DNA of 64,000 nt from Theionarchaea archaeon (lineage in GTDB: Archaea > Methanobacteriota_B > Thermococci > Methanofastidiosales > SZ-28-30): the NCBI GenBank assembly GCA_018992685.1, contig JACVGT010000019.1:1-64000 (forward strand), in the 5' to 3' direction. Of this stretch, positions 1-9,182 are shown in pieces. Both the position numbers and the translations under genes were made by a program. Position 1 is the first letter of the stretch; every line of letters begins with the position of its first letter. Below the pieces are notes generated by a model. The model worked only from the letters and a program-made list of their open reading frames with translations, made no database searches and was not told the origin of the DNA.

Positions 1-2
1 AG

Positions 3-161
3 GTATTCATTGCTTCTACAAATGGGAAGGTATATTGCTTTGGCGAGAACCCTGAGCCACCAGTGTTATCTCAGCGCACAATTACGGTAGCGTTAGGGTC
101 GTTTTGCCTCATTGTCGGACTCTTTGCTGTTTTTTACCTCTATCAGCGTAGAAACAAATAG
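3..161 (+). CDS. 3' end of PQQ-type beta-propeller protein with C-terminal TM anchor (partial)
   Basis: Manual translation VFIASTNGKVYCFG...TM...QRRNK*; the 'G.VYCF' end is typical of PQQ/BamB-like blades. Confidence 0.6.
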   Translation, partial: VFIASTNGKVYCFGENPEPPVLSQRTITVALGSFCLIVGLFAVFYLYQRRNK

Positions 162-337
162 AAAATGTGATTCAGAATTTCAATCCTACAATAGTCTGAT
201 TTCACTTGATTGGGGGGAATGGACCTGCTGTGAAGCGCACCACCTTCACCACGTCAAATCTCATAATCTACATCATAAGTTCACACACAAAACAGTAGTC
301 TACCTTTATTCACAAAAGAAAAAAAGAAGAAGAGTAG

Positions 338-616
338 TTACCAGTAGTTCGTTCTCTTGGGTTCCTTGCCAATCTTGTCTTTCACCGTCTGGAGCGCTTC
401 CGCCAGAGATTCTCCGGCCTGCATCTCGTAGGTGACAATACCCAGTTCTTTGATCTTCTCCACTTCGTCCATAGTATAGATGGGTACGGGTATCTTGATG
501 TTTTCATCAGTGGGGTTTCCCACGATCAAATCCCTGAAGGGAAACTCTGAGTGGTTCTCCACAATATACCCACCCATATTCTGCACCTTTTTTGATGGCA
601 AAATGAATTTACACAC
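338..616 (-). CDS. ehbP: Energy-converting hydrogenase B subunit P
   Basis: GGYIVE..FPFRDLIVGNPTDENIKIPVP resembles EhbP; GTG start after GGTGA SD; last gene of the operon. Confidence 0.8.
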   Translation of the reverse strand: MCKFILPSKKVQNMGGYIVENHSEFPFRDLIVGNPTDENIKIPVPIYTMDEVEKIKELGIVTYEMQAGESLAEALQTVKDKIGKEPKRTNYW

Positions 617-624
617 AGTATCAC

Positions 625-1638
625 CTACAAAGCCAGTAACAGCCCAAACACACCGATGGCAGTGAATCCGAAGGACACAGGATAGAGCTGTTTGAACGTC
701 AATATGGGGCCGAAGGCAGACAGGACTGACACCAGAACAGGCAGTGCAAACGTCAGCAGCACGTGCATGACCAGCTGTGACACTCCCAGCATGCTGGAAA
801 AGTCCACCACAGGGGGTATTCCGAAGAATAAGGTCACGAAGAGACTGGACAAGACGAACATCCACACACCACGCATGATATAGTAGTTCCCCCTGGCATG
901 TGCACCATATTCCAGAGGCGCACCCTCAATGAGGTCTCCCTTTGCCTTGGCAATGGTGAATGGATAGTCGTTCAACTGTGCCACATACCCCACAAAGTAC
1001 ACGATAGCACCCACAAACCCGGGCACCGTGAACAGAATGGGGCTCAAATCCAGGAAAGACCCCTGGTACAGGACAACATCCTGCACGAAAATGCTTCGAG
1101 CCATGACCACGGGTATGAAGATGGCAATGTAAATGGGGAATGACGCAATGGTGATGTGCTTGATGAATCTCACTGCACTCTGTCCCTCAAGAAATCGCCT
1201 GATCCTGGCTTTTGTCACAGCACCTTTTACCACGTCACCATAGGGCATGGTCACTGAGAGAATGGATCTTGACAGTGAACCCATGATAACATACATCACT
1301 TCCTCGAATTTCATGATCCCCACAATGGCGACCAACGTCGACAGGGACAGGGGGAGTCCCCACCAGTCGGGATTGGTCAGCCACAGAATCACGAGGATGA
1401 TGATGATGGTGGCCGGGGGCAGGGCATGGTACAACCAGGGCAAGGGCGAATTGGGTGTGAAGGGCTTCTTGTTCCAGAATTTCAGGATTGACCAGGTTCC
1501 CGGAGTCAGGATGGGCGGACCGATACGCTGCTGTATCCTGGCCTGTATCTTTCGTTCTATTCCCAGAAATACTGGGCCAAAGAACAGCGCTATAACGGTC
1601 AGGACCACCGCGGATATGATGAAGTTCACATTTTCCAT
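625..1638 (-). CDS. ehbO: Ehb subunit O (NuoH/HycD-like membrane subunit)
   Basis: GIERKIQARIQQRIGPP motif; multi-TM; operon position. Confidence 0.9.
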   Translation of the reverse strand: MENVNFIISAVVLTVIALFFGPVFLGIERKIQARIQQRIGPPILTPGTWSILKFWNKKPFTPNSPLPWLYHALPPATIIIILVILWLTNPDWWGLPLSLSTLVAIVGIMKFEEVMYVIMGSLSRSILSVTMPYGDVVKGAVTKARIRRFLEGQSAVRFIKHITIASFPIYIAIFIPVVMARSIFVQDVVLYQGSFLDLSPILFTVPGFVGAIVYFVGYVAQLNDYPFTIAKAKGDLIEGAPLEYGAHARGNYYIMRGVWMFVLSSLFVTLFFGIPPVVDFSSMLGVSQLVMHVLLTFALPVLVSVLSAFGPILTFKQLYPVSFGFTAIGVFGLLLAL

Positions 1639-1642
1639 GATA

Positions 1643-2743
1643 TCACCTGTTGGTACAGCAGAGACAGGGATCGCAGGAGGCTACCGTCAGTACAGCATCA
1701 GTGAGATGCTCTCCCAGACAGGCCACTTCCATAGCCCCGAGGTTGGTCAGTGTCGGTGTTCTGTTCTTGTAGTGCCTGACGTTTCCCTTTTCATCCAGGC
1801 CATATGAGTCATACAGTTCCCCTCGGGGTGCTTCGTGATAACAGGTGGTAATGGGCATTGTACCCAGTTTCCAGTCCTTGGTTCTCACCTCACCTGCGGG
1901 GATGTTCTCGAATCCCTGTTTCAAAATCTTGATAATCTCAAAGGTTTCCAGGACTCTCTGTACAACTCTGGTCTTCACATCGCCGTCATCCAGGACGATG
2001 ACGTCCCAGTCAAAGTGCTTGTAATCTGGTATGTCTGTCCTCCAGTCTTTTGCCACGCCTGACGAGCGAGCTGTGGGTCCCACAACATGGTATTTGATGG
2101 CTTCCTCTTTTGTCAGAACCCCAACACCTTCTATCCTCGACATGATCATGGCGTCCTGCAGGATACGGTCTGCGTAGTCTTTCACGTAGTCAGCTGCAGG
2201 TCCGAGCTGGGCCAGAGCTTTCTTGCACATGTCGTCTGTGGGGTTGCACCGAGGCCTGATCCCTCCTATCACCGGGCAGGCATAGTGAACCCTGTTACCG
2301 GACAGTTCACCCAGGAGAATCATGAAGGGCTCTCGGGCAATGAACGCCCTCATGGCCAGCGTTTCATGACCAATGATCTCCAGCGCATGTCCAAAGAAGA
2401 TCAGGTGCGAGGTCAGTCGTTCCAGTTCGTTAATGATCACCCGCATGTACTGGGCCCGTTCGGGTATGGTGATATTGAGTCCCTTTTCCACCACCCGGAC
2501 TGAGTTCCACAGGTGGACGCAGGAGCAGATGCCACAGATTCTCTCCGTGATGATGTTGCACTTGTCCACCGGGATTCCTTCCATCATCCGTTCAATGCCC
2601 CGGTGCTGGGCGTCCAGTGTGATCTCACAGTCTGTTACCACTTCGTCCTGCAGGAAAAAGCGGGGCCTGTAAGGCTCCAGCAGAGCAGGGTGGACCAATC
2701 CTACGGGGATCTCCACATCAGCTTCTCCTCTGTCTTTTTCCAT
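1643..2743 (-). CDS. ehbN: Group 4 [NiFe]-hydrogenase large subunit
   Basis: ERICGIC (L1) and DPCLCCTNR (L2) Ni-binding motifs; no C-terminal extension. Confidence 0.95.
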   Translation of the reverse strand: MEKDRGEADVEIPVGLVHPALLEPYRPRFFLQDEVVTDCEITLDAQHRGIERMMEGIPVDKCNIITERICGICSCVHLWNSVRVVEKGLNITIPERAQYMRVIINELERLTSHLIFFGHALEIIGHETLAMRAFIAREPFMILLGELSGNRVHYACPVIGGIRPRCNPTDDMCKKALAQLGPAADYVKDYADRILQDAMIMSRIEGVGVLTKEEAIKYHVVGPTARSSGVAKDWRTDIPDYKHFDWDVIVLDDGDVKTRVVQRVLETFEIIKILKQGFENIPAGEVRTKDWKLGTMPITTCYHEAPRGELYDSYGLDEKGNVRHYKNRTPTLTNLGAMEVACLGEHLTDAVLTVASCDPCLCCTNR

Positions 2744-2746
2744 GGG

Positions 2747-3205
2747 TTACACCTCCATCTCTGCCAGTATGGGAATGGCAGAGGCTGCAGCTGAAATGAT
2801 GTCTTCGGGTCGGGGCGGACACCCCGGGATCTTTGCTGCCACCGGGAGCACCTTGTCCAGGGGGCCTGCAATTTCCTCTGACGGTCCAAGGTCTCCTCCA
2901 AGGTTGGAGAACACATTGCCATTGATAGCACATGAACCCACTGCTGCCACCAGTTTGGGATCTGGAATTGCATCATAGATCTTCTTGAGTGCGGGCTCGA
3001 TTCGCTTCAGCACAGGGCCAGTCACCAGCAAGATATCTGCTTCCCGCGGATTCCAGGTGAGCATGACCTTGTACTGCTCAATGTCGTAGTAGGGGGAGAG
3101 GACACAGTTGACCACTTCAATGTCACACCCATTGCATCCGCCTGCGTAGACCAGCATGACATGCACAGCATTCCGTCTCGAGATTGCCTTGAACATCTTA
3201 GCCAC
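2747..3205 (-). CDS. ehbM: [NiFe]-hydrogenase small subunit (NuoB-like)
   Basis: [32 protein letters not shown]. Confidence 0.95.
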   Translation of the reverse strand: MAKMFKAISRRNAVHVMLVYAGGCNGCDIEVVNCVLSPYYDIEQYKVMLTWNPREADILLVTGPVLKRIEPALKKIYDAIPDPKLVAAVGSCAINGNVFSNLGGDLGPSEEIAGPLDKVLPVAAKIPGCPPRPEDIISAAASAIPILAEMEV

Positions 3206-3605
3206 CTCCTAGTATCTTTGAAACATCCTCGTAGTAGGTACCCACCTCCCGGGGATGTATGGCCGAAGGCCTGTTGTATCGCCTGAAAATGGGACACGTA
3301 TCATGGCATCTGAAGCAGAAACAGCACTTCACCAGGTCAAGTTCGGGGCGCTGCTTCTTGGTGTACTTCTCAGTGAGATGAAGCGGTTCTGGAAGATCGA
3401 TCATGGTAATGGCGTCTGTGGGGCAGATCCTGGCACAGGCACCACATCCAATGCACATGGGGTCATTCACGGTCTGAGGTGGTGTTACCCCCCCTGAGAG
3501 GATCCTGTAGCGCATGTCCATGGAGGTCACCCGCTCAGAATGGAACAGGATGCGCTTCAGGTTCTTCCAGGAACCCCTGATTGCTATGGAGATGAGTCCT
3601 CTCAT
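3198..3605 (-). CDS. ehbL: 2x[4Fe-4S] ferredoxin subunit (NuoI-like)
   Basis: [12 protein letters not shown] and [12 protein letters not shown]. Confidence 0.9.
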   Translation of the reverse strand: MRGLISIAIRGSWKNLKRILFHSERVTSMDMRYRILSGGVTPPQTVNDPMCIGCGACARICPTDAITMIDLPEPLHLTEKYTKKQRPELDLVKCCFCFRCHDTCPIFRRYNRPSAIHPREVGTYYEDVSKILGGG

Positions 3606-3862
3606 TCAGAACCACCTCCACCACCAGGCAGCACTGATCCCACCACAATACCAAGGTACGATGTGATGAGCACCGAGTTTATTGGCAGGATGTCCCTTCC
3701 AACCTGGAAGGTGTAGAATGGATAGTCACCCACAAAGTAGGACAGCACCAGGATCACCAGGAACAAAACGATGTAGATCATGGCGGGGAGTCTTTGAATT
3801 CTCAGGCCAATGATAAACCCCAGAACGAAAGACGCCACCACTGCACCAATGAAGTCAATCAT
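3602..3862 (-). CDS. ehbJ: Small membrane subunit, probably EhbJ
   Basis: Three TM helices, G.YPFY motif, operon position; start overlaps the upstream stop. Confidence 0.6.
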   Translation of the reverse strand: MIDFIGAVVASFVLGFIIGLRIQRLPAMIYIVLFLVILVLSYFVGDYPFYTFQVGRDILPINSVLITSYLGIVVGSVLPGGGGGSE

Positions 3863-4604
3863 GTTTTCTCGCCTCCGCAAGAAAGACTGCTGCAACGCTC
3901 AAAGATCCAAACACCTCGAGTCCAACAGCCACATTCAGATAGGGCAGTATGCCAGCATTGGTGGGGTCCATGTACTGGAGGAACCCAACGAGGCCATATC
4001 CCCAGATGTTGGAACCAACATTGTACAGGTAGTACCCGGAGACTGCCACGCCTGCTAACCCCATGAGCAAAAAGATCAGAGCACCCAGTGTCTCCATGCC
4101 GATGAGGAAGTCATGTCCATAGTGGAACGGATTCTTCCTGACACCGTAGATCACCACCGAGATGAAGAATGCAGTGGCGAGCACTGAGCCACCCTGGAAC
4201 CCTCCTCCTGGAGTGAGATGTCCTCCGAAAATGAGGAGAAGTCCAAAGCACATAAGTACCAGGATCACCGGTGTCCCAAAGACTGCCTGGATGGGGGTGG
4301 GGACCACGTGCTTGAGTTCTGCCTTTTCTTCCTCAATGAAGGCTCCGCGTCCAAAGACCACACTCACGGTAATCACTGACGTGATGAGAATCAGAGTTTC
4401 TCCCAGTGTATCGTACCCTCGAAAGTCGAAGACAATTGTTGTAACGGCATTTGGGGCTATATTGGGCGCAATCAGACTGTAGAGGTAAGAAATACCTGGT
4501 ATGACCTCCAGACTGTAGAATGTGTGCAGGATAACTCCTGAGAAGATGAGAAACGCTGCCAGCGCCGCAAGGTTTCTGTATTGGTTGGCTTCTTCGAACT
4601 TCAT
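3855..4604 (-). CDS. ehbHI: MnhB-like subunit, EhbH+EhbI fusion
   Basis: DFRGYDTLGE and GHLTPGGGFQGG in one ORF. Confidence 0.85.
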   Translation of the reverse strand: MKFEEANQYRNLAALAAFLIFSGVILHTFYSLEVIPGISYLYSLIAPNIAPNAVTTIVFDFRGYDTLGETLILITSVITVSVVFGRGAFIEEEKAELKHVVPTPIQAVFGTPVILVLMCFGLLLIFGGHLTPGGGFQGGSVLATAFFISVVIYGVRKNPFHYGHDFLIGMETLGALIFLLMGLAGVAVSGYYLYNVGSNIWGYGLVGFLQYMDPTNAGILPYLNVAVGLEVFGSLSVAAVFLAEARKHD

Positions 4605-4895
4605 CTAGATCCCTCCTAATAAGAGAATCACCAGGCCTAGAGCCAGGGCAAAGTAGAACAGCATGCTGTCAAAGGTGTCAGAATGTTCTTTTGATACTCT
4701 GAACACCAGTGGAAGTGCGCGTATGACCAGCAGCAGCGCAATGAACGATGCCACAATGGCCAGCCGCACCGTGGTGAACAGCCGGAAGAACAGGAGGACA
4801 CCCAGAGATATCAAGAGGACCATCTGGAAGTCTGCGGTGAAAGCACCTGCAATGTCTTCTCCCTGCTTCAGTTTCTCAAAGAACTTCTCGTACAC
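4605..4895 (-). CDS. ehbG: Ehb subunit G (membrane)
   Basis: TM protein between ehbF and ehbH; GTG start overlaps the TAG of ehbF. Confidence 0.6.
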   Translation of the reverse strand: MYEKFFEKLKQGEDIAGAFTADFQMVLLISLGVLLFFRLFTTVRLAIVASFIALLLVIRALPLVFRVSKEHSDTFDSMLFYFALALGLVILLLGGI

Positions 4896-6385
4896 TAGAT
4901 CACCCCCAGCATGGTGACAAAGTCCTGGATATACATGAGAACATTCTGCGGAGTGAACCCTATGGCAATACACATTCCCACAAGAACTGCCATGAAGGCC
5001 TCCGTTCGCCAGTGATATCTGGAAGGTGTCAGTTCCTTGTCTGTGAGATAGTCCTGACCTTCCTTGAGGTACATGGCGTAGAACCCTTTTATCAGGGCCA
5101 CCAGGGTCGCAATACTGGTGAGAATGATCAGCACTGAAAGCTCGGGATATCCTGCGGTGGAGGCTGCAATGATGATTCGGTATTCACTCTGGTAGGTGTT
5201 GAAAGGCGGCATGCCGCTGACTGCAAAGATGCCCAGGAGGCATAAGAGAGGCACATATCCTGTCCTCCACAGAAGCCCTCCCATCTTGTGCATATCCACC
5301 GTCTTGGTAATGTGGAGGACCACTGACACAGAGAGGAACAGGATGGACATGGCGAGAGCATCGTTAACAGCGTGGAATATGGACGCTGTCACTGCCGTCC
5401 TGGTTCCAATTCCCAGGCCAATTCCCACCAGTCCTGCCTGAGCAACAGCCACATAGGCCAGCAGGCGGGTGATCTCAGTCTGTTTCAAGGCCATTATCAC
5501 ACCAAACACCATGGACAGGATGGCAACACCCAGAATCAGTGCATTGAGAGTGGATACACCATAGAACAGCCGGAGAATGACCACCCACAGTGCTACCAGG
5601 ACGAACTTGGTCTGGGTCTGCATGAAGGCTGCCACAGAAGGGCGTGCTTTGCTGTAGACGTCTGACTTGATGATGTGGAACGGGACCATACCGGACTCAA
5701 AGAGCCAGCCCACGAAAATGAGGGCACATGCCACAATCAGGGTGTGGGGTATGCCTGCTTCAATATCCAGGGTGATGACCTTGTTGAGGTCACTGATATT
5801 CAGCATCCCGTAGGTATTCAGGAGAATGGCGATTCCCAGGAGTATTGAAGACCCTGCTATTCCTCCGAAGATCAGGTACTTTACAGCAGTCTTGTAGGCC
5901 TGGATATTCCCAATAGCAATGACCAGTGCTGCCTGAGATATGGTTAAGATTTCCAAGAAGACGAAGATATTGAAAATGTCATCTGCCATGATGACAGCAG
6001 ATGTCGACGCTATCCCCAGCATGATCATGGCTATATACACACCAGACAGGCGTTCTGTAAAGTGAATCAGCACAGCAGCTGTCGCCAGGATGGCCAGAAT
6101 CCCAATGAAGAGCTTCTGCACAGCAGCGTACTTATAGACAATAGCCAGGTTGAGCTTGGACAGGACAATATTTGTCCCTCCCGTGACGTTCTCCACCTGG
6201 GGATGCCCTCCAAACCAGTACACGGCTGCATTCGTTATCCAGGGGAGTACCAGGACCACCAGAACGGATATGATGGCAACTGCCTTCACTGCTCTGTCTT
6301 TCCCGTGCAGGAAATTGAGACAGATGGCTGCAATCAATGGGAAGGCTACCAGGAGAGCAGGGACAAAGATGGTGTCGAGGTTCAT
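4895..6385 (-). CDS. ehbF: MnhD/NuoN-like cation-translocating subunit
   Basis: DIFNIFVFLE, AVKYLI, ESGMVPFH, G.PPFN; many TM helices. Confidence 0.9.
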   Translation of the reverse strand: MNLDTIFVPALLVAFPLIAAICLNFLHGKDRAVKAVAIISVLVVLVLPWITNAAVYWFGGHPQVENVTGGTNIVLSKLNLAIVYKYAAVQKLFIGILAILATAAVLIHFTERLSGVYIAMIMLGIASTSAVIMADDIFNIFVFLEILTISQAALVIAIGNIQAYKTAVKYLIFGGIAGSSILLGIAILLNTYGMLNISDLNKVITLDIEAGIPHTLIVACALIFVGWLFESGMVPFHIIKSDVYSKARPSVAAFMQTQTKFVLVALWVVILRLFYGVSTLNALILGVAILSMVFGVIMALKQTEITRLLAYVAVAQAGLVGIGLGIGTRTAVTASIFHAVNDALAMSILFLSVSVVLHITKTVDMHKMGGLLWRTGYVPLLCLLGIFAVSGMPPFNTYQSEYRIIIAASTAGYPELSVLIILTSIATLVALIKGFYAMYLKEGQDYLTDKELTPSRYHWRTEAFMAVLVGMCIAIGFTPQNVLMYIQDFVTMLGVI

Positions 6386-6795
6386 TGGTCCACCTCCTTG
6401 AAGATGACAGAACAGCTCATTGAATTGTAGTGGTTGTAGAGTTTAATAGCAATGGCCAGCATGATGGCAAAGATAGACACTGAAATAACAATACTGGTGA
6501 GCACCAGGGCAGACGGCAGAGGATACGCTGCCTGCGCCGCAAACTCTGGATATTCCTTGAGACCTTCGTATATGGCGCTACTCACTCCTTTCTCAGCCAG
6601 TTCAGGTGAGATGATGGCCACAATCTTATTGAACCCTCCCGTAATCAGCACAAGGTTGACACCGTCTGAAATCAGGGTTACCCCAATAATCTTTTTCAAC
6701 AGGTTGTCCATGAAGATCACGGCGTACAGTCCCACCACCACCAGTCCGGCAGCAGTGAAAAAGCACATGGGTTGAAACAGCGTTTCCAGGCTCAT
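6382..6795 (-). CDS. ehbE: MnhC-like subunit
   Basis: DNLLKKIIG, PLPSALVLTSIVI. Confidence 0.9.
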   Translation of the reverse strand: MSLETLFQPMCFFTAAGLVVVGLYAVIFMDNLLKKIIGVTLISDGVNLVLITGGFNKIVAIISPELAEKGVSSAIYEGLKEYPEFAAQAAYPLPSALVLTSIVISVSIFAIMLAIAIKLYNHYNSMSCSVIFKEVDQ

Positions 6796-7043
6796 TCTTC
6801 CTCCCTCCTTGTCTTGTAGACTGTTATGGCAAAAATACCGGGAAGCAGCGCTGCTCCGAGAATTGCCTGAGTAATCCCCACATCAGGAGCTCTCAATGTC
6901 TGGTAGAGGAATGCTACTGCGAGACCTTCCAGTCCAATCAGGATCACTGATTTCATCAAATCCCGCTGAATCAGGGCCAGTATCGAACCGAACAGTGCAG
7001 TAAACATGAAAATGTATCCCATGAGCATATATCCTGGAATCAT
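6792..7043 (-). CDS. ehbD: DUF4040/MnhA-B-like subunit
   Basis: RDLMKSVI...APDVGITQAI. Confidence 0.85.
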   Translation of the reverse strand: MIPGYMLMGYIFMFTALFGSILALIQRDLMKSVILIGLEGLAVAFLYQTLRAPDVGITQAILGAALLPGIFAITVYKTRREEE

Positions 7044-7312
7044 GGCTTCACCTCCTTGTCATACAGGGCATTAGCAATGGAATGGAACGCTACGGGAGTC
7101 AGTATGAAGTACACCAGGGCCACCAGGGCTGTGAACGGCTGCCACAGAACCAGCATGGTGAGAATGCAGGCGTGGTCAATGATACCAGCAATATGTATTC
7201 TCGCATAGACAACGTTCTTGCGTGGTCCATATCGCCATAACCCCAGGCTGGCAGCAAGGATGAAGATTCCTGCAATGACAAACAGGACTGCCTGTACAAG
7301 TTCCCAGTCCAT
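7040..7312 (-). CDS. ehbC: MnhG-like subunit
   Basis: YARIHIAGIID, TPVAFHSIANA. Confidence 0.85.
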   Translation of the reverse strand: MDWELVQAVLFVIAGIFILAASLGLWRYGPRKNVVYARIHIAGIIDHACILTMLVLWQPFTALVALVYFILTPVAFHSIANALYDKEVKP

Positions 7313-7572
7313 CAGATCCCCTCCCCTTTGATGATCTTGCTGATGAGGAGAGCACCCATGGTGGCCAGTGCCAGAAGGTACAGCGCAATGTCCTTGGAGA
7401 ATTGAATGTCATAGATTTTCCCTATGATTGTCAGGGCTGTGGCAAGAGCAATGATGACAATACTCACTCCCACCAGGGAGTTGTACAGCCCCTGACGGGC
7501 AGCAACTCGTATACCAGTCACGATAGAAACACCCAGCGAGAACAGCAGAAAATAGAGAGCAAATTCGTACAT
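7312..7572 (-). CDS. ehbB: MnhF-like subunit
   Basis: KDIALYLLAL..G.LL.SK; three TM helices. Confidence 0.8.
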   Translation of the reverse strand: MYEFALYFLLFSLGVSIVTGIRVAARQGLYNSLVGVSIVIIALATALTIIGKIYDIQFSKDIALYLLALATMGALLISKIIKGEGI

Positions 7573-7573
7573 T

Positions 7574-7882
7574 TTATCCCTCCAGCATCCCTTTGATGAA
7601 GGGTTCAAAGGGTATGACGGCTTTTGGATCACGTGGAGATAACACAGCTACAATCAGGACCTGCTTCTCGTGGTCAATGTCTATGGTCAGGGTCCCCGGG
7701 GTCAGCGTAATGGAGTTTCCCAGAATAACCTGGGAGATTTCCCGCTTCAGTTCGGTGGGCACTTCCATGACCACCGGGTCGATGTTCCCTGTCACGCACT
7801 GAATGGAAACTGCAATCACTGATTTTATAATATTGTACACCAGGTCTATCACGTATGCTATCGCATAGATCGGGTTGAACAT
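7574..7882 (-). CDS. ehbA: MnhE-like subunit
   Basis: LGNSITLTPGTLTIDID. Confidence 0.9.
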   Translation of the reverse strand: MFNPIYAIAYVIDLVYNIIKSVIAVSIQCVTGNIDPVVMEVPTELKREISQVILGNSITLTPGTLTIDIDHEKQVLIVAVLSPRDPKAVIPFEPFIKGMLEG

Positions 7883-7931
7883 GGTTTTTCCCTTCCTATG
7901 AGTCGTTTTCTGTTTAAAGGTCAAAGAAACA

Positions 7932-7948
7932 ATATATAAACCTTTCGG
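7932..7948 (-). promoter_or_regulatory. BRE-TATA promoter of the ehb operon
   Basis: Minus strand CCGAAAGG-TTTATATAT about 50 nt upstream of ehbA; same pattern recurs at other promoters in the window. Confidence 0.7.
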
Positions 7949-8292
7949 AATAGATATTTACATATGACAATAAGAACTTTTTAGAAATCTTCACACTGGC
8001 CAAAAAAGATCAGGAATGGGCAATTTTCACCTGACAGGAGGAAGACGCGCACGAATGAGGGCAATAGAGGCTGGAATTCTGAGTATAAGGACGATTTGAG
8101 TCCACAGAAAGAATTCTTTCACCTGGTTCAAAGCCTCTGGGCACGGCTGTGCGTGGGGCCAAGAAAGACTTCCGCCTGCGTGAATACAGGGCACATTTCT
8201 CTCCTGTACAGACACATATCTTTTTATGGATCATATCCTATCTATCACTGATGGAATGCAGGGACCTGATATGAAACAAGGGAGAAGATACC

Positions 8293-8988
8293 ATGATATT
8301 CGAAACTGAAGTGAGAGAGATACTGACACGTGCCCCGGATGTCAGGAGCTTCAGATTCTCGAAGCCTGCCCAGTTCACCTACAAAGCAGGACAGTTCATG
8401 TTCATCACCATCCGGAAAGGGGAAGAAGAACTGCGGAAGCACTTCACCATATCCAGCAGTCCTACCGAAGACTTCCTGGAGTTCACCAAGAAGCTCACTG
8501 ACAGCGAGTTTTCCACAGCATTGCGGGCCAGTTCTCCTGGAGACTGGACGAGAATCGAGGGGCCTTTTGGGAAATTCACCTTTGAGAAAGAGTATGAAAA
8601 GAGTGCACTGCTCGCGGGAGGAATCGGAATCACTCCCATGAGGAGTATGGTGACGTACTGGTATGACACTGGCATGACATCAGACATCGTGCTGGTGCAT
8701 GGGTGTCGCACAGAAGCAGATATCGTGTTCAGAGAGGATTTTGAGAATATTCAGAGACACACTGAGAACCTGAGGGTTGTCTACTGCCTCACTGAACCCA
8801 TGCCGGGCTGGAAGGGATATTCCGGCAGAATTGATGCCCCTCTCATCAGGAAAGAGATTCCTGACTATCAAAAGCGAAGAATGTATCTGTGTGGTCCTCC
8901 AGCCATGGTGGAAACTATGGAACAGTTGCTCCGGGACATGAAGGTGCCTGTGCTGAACATCAAGAGGGAACAGTTCATGGGGTACTGA
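8293..8988 (+). CDS. FAD/NAD(P)-binding ferredoxin reductase (FNR-like) oxidoreductase
   Basis: KAGQF, GPFGKF, LAGGIGITP, YLCGPPAM. Confidence 0.9.
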   Translation: MIFETEVREILTRAPDVRSFRFSKPAQFTYKAGQFMFITIRKGEEELRKHFTISSSPTEDFLEFTKKLTDSEFSTALRASSPGDWTRIEGPFGKFTFEKEYEKSALLAGGIGITPMRSMVTYWYDTGMTSDIVLVHGCRTEADIVFREDFENIQRHTENLRVVYCLTEPMPGWKGYSGRIDAPLIRKEIPDYQKRRMYLCGPPAMVETMEQLLRDMKVPVLNIKREQFMGY

Positions 8989-9105
8989 CGCAACCTTCTC
9001 CGTTACAGAAGACTCGTTTCTTCCTCTAATGCCTTCTTTATCGGTATAAATAGAAATGAATTGGATTGATCGTCCTGATCTGTCCTCCATGCCATTGAAT
9101 GAAAA

Positions 9106-9150
9106 CCGAAAGATTTATAAATAAGTTACCCTAACGTCAAGTAAAGGTAA
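9106..9150 (+). promoter_or_regulatory. Thermosome promoter: BRE-TATA plus palindromic heat-shock-type operator
   Basis: CCGAAAGA-TTTATAAA (TATA 9114-9121) followed by TTACCcTaAC-N5-GTaAaGGTAA (9126-9150). Confidence 0.65.
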
Positions 9151-9182
9151 TTGATTTTGCGAGATTCTAGAGGTGATAAAAA

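Noticed and set aside
1643-1680. Selenocysteine in the hydrogenase L2 motif
   Set aside because: DPCLCC uses ordinary Cys codons; no in-frame TGA
8010-8234. Short ORFs between ehbA and the FNR-like gene (also 12943-13140, 14609-14815, 17728-17919)
   Set aside because: No SD, motif or composition support
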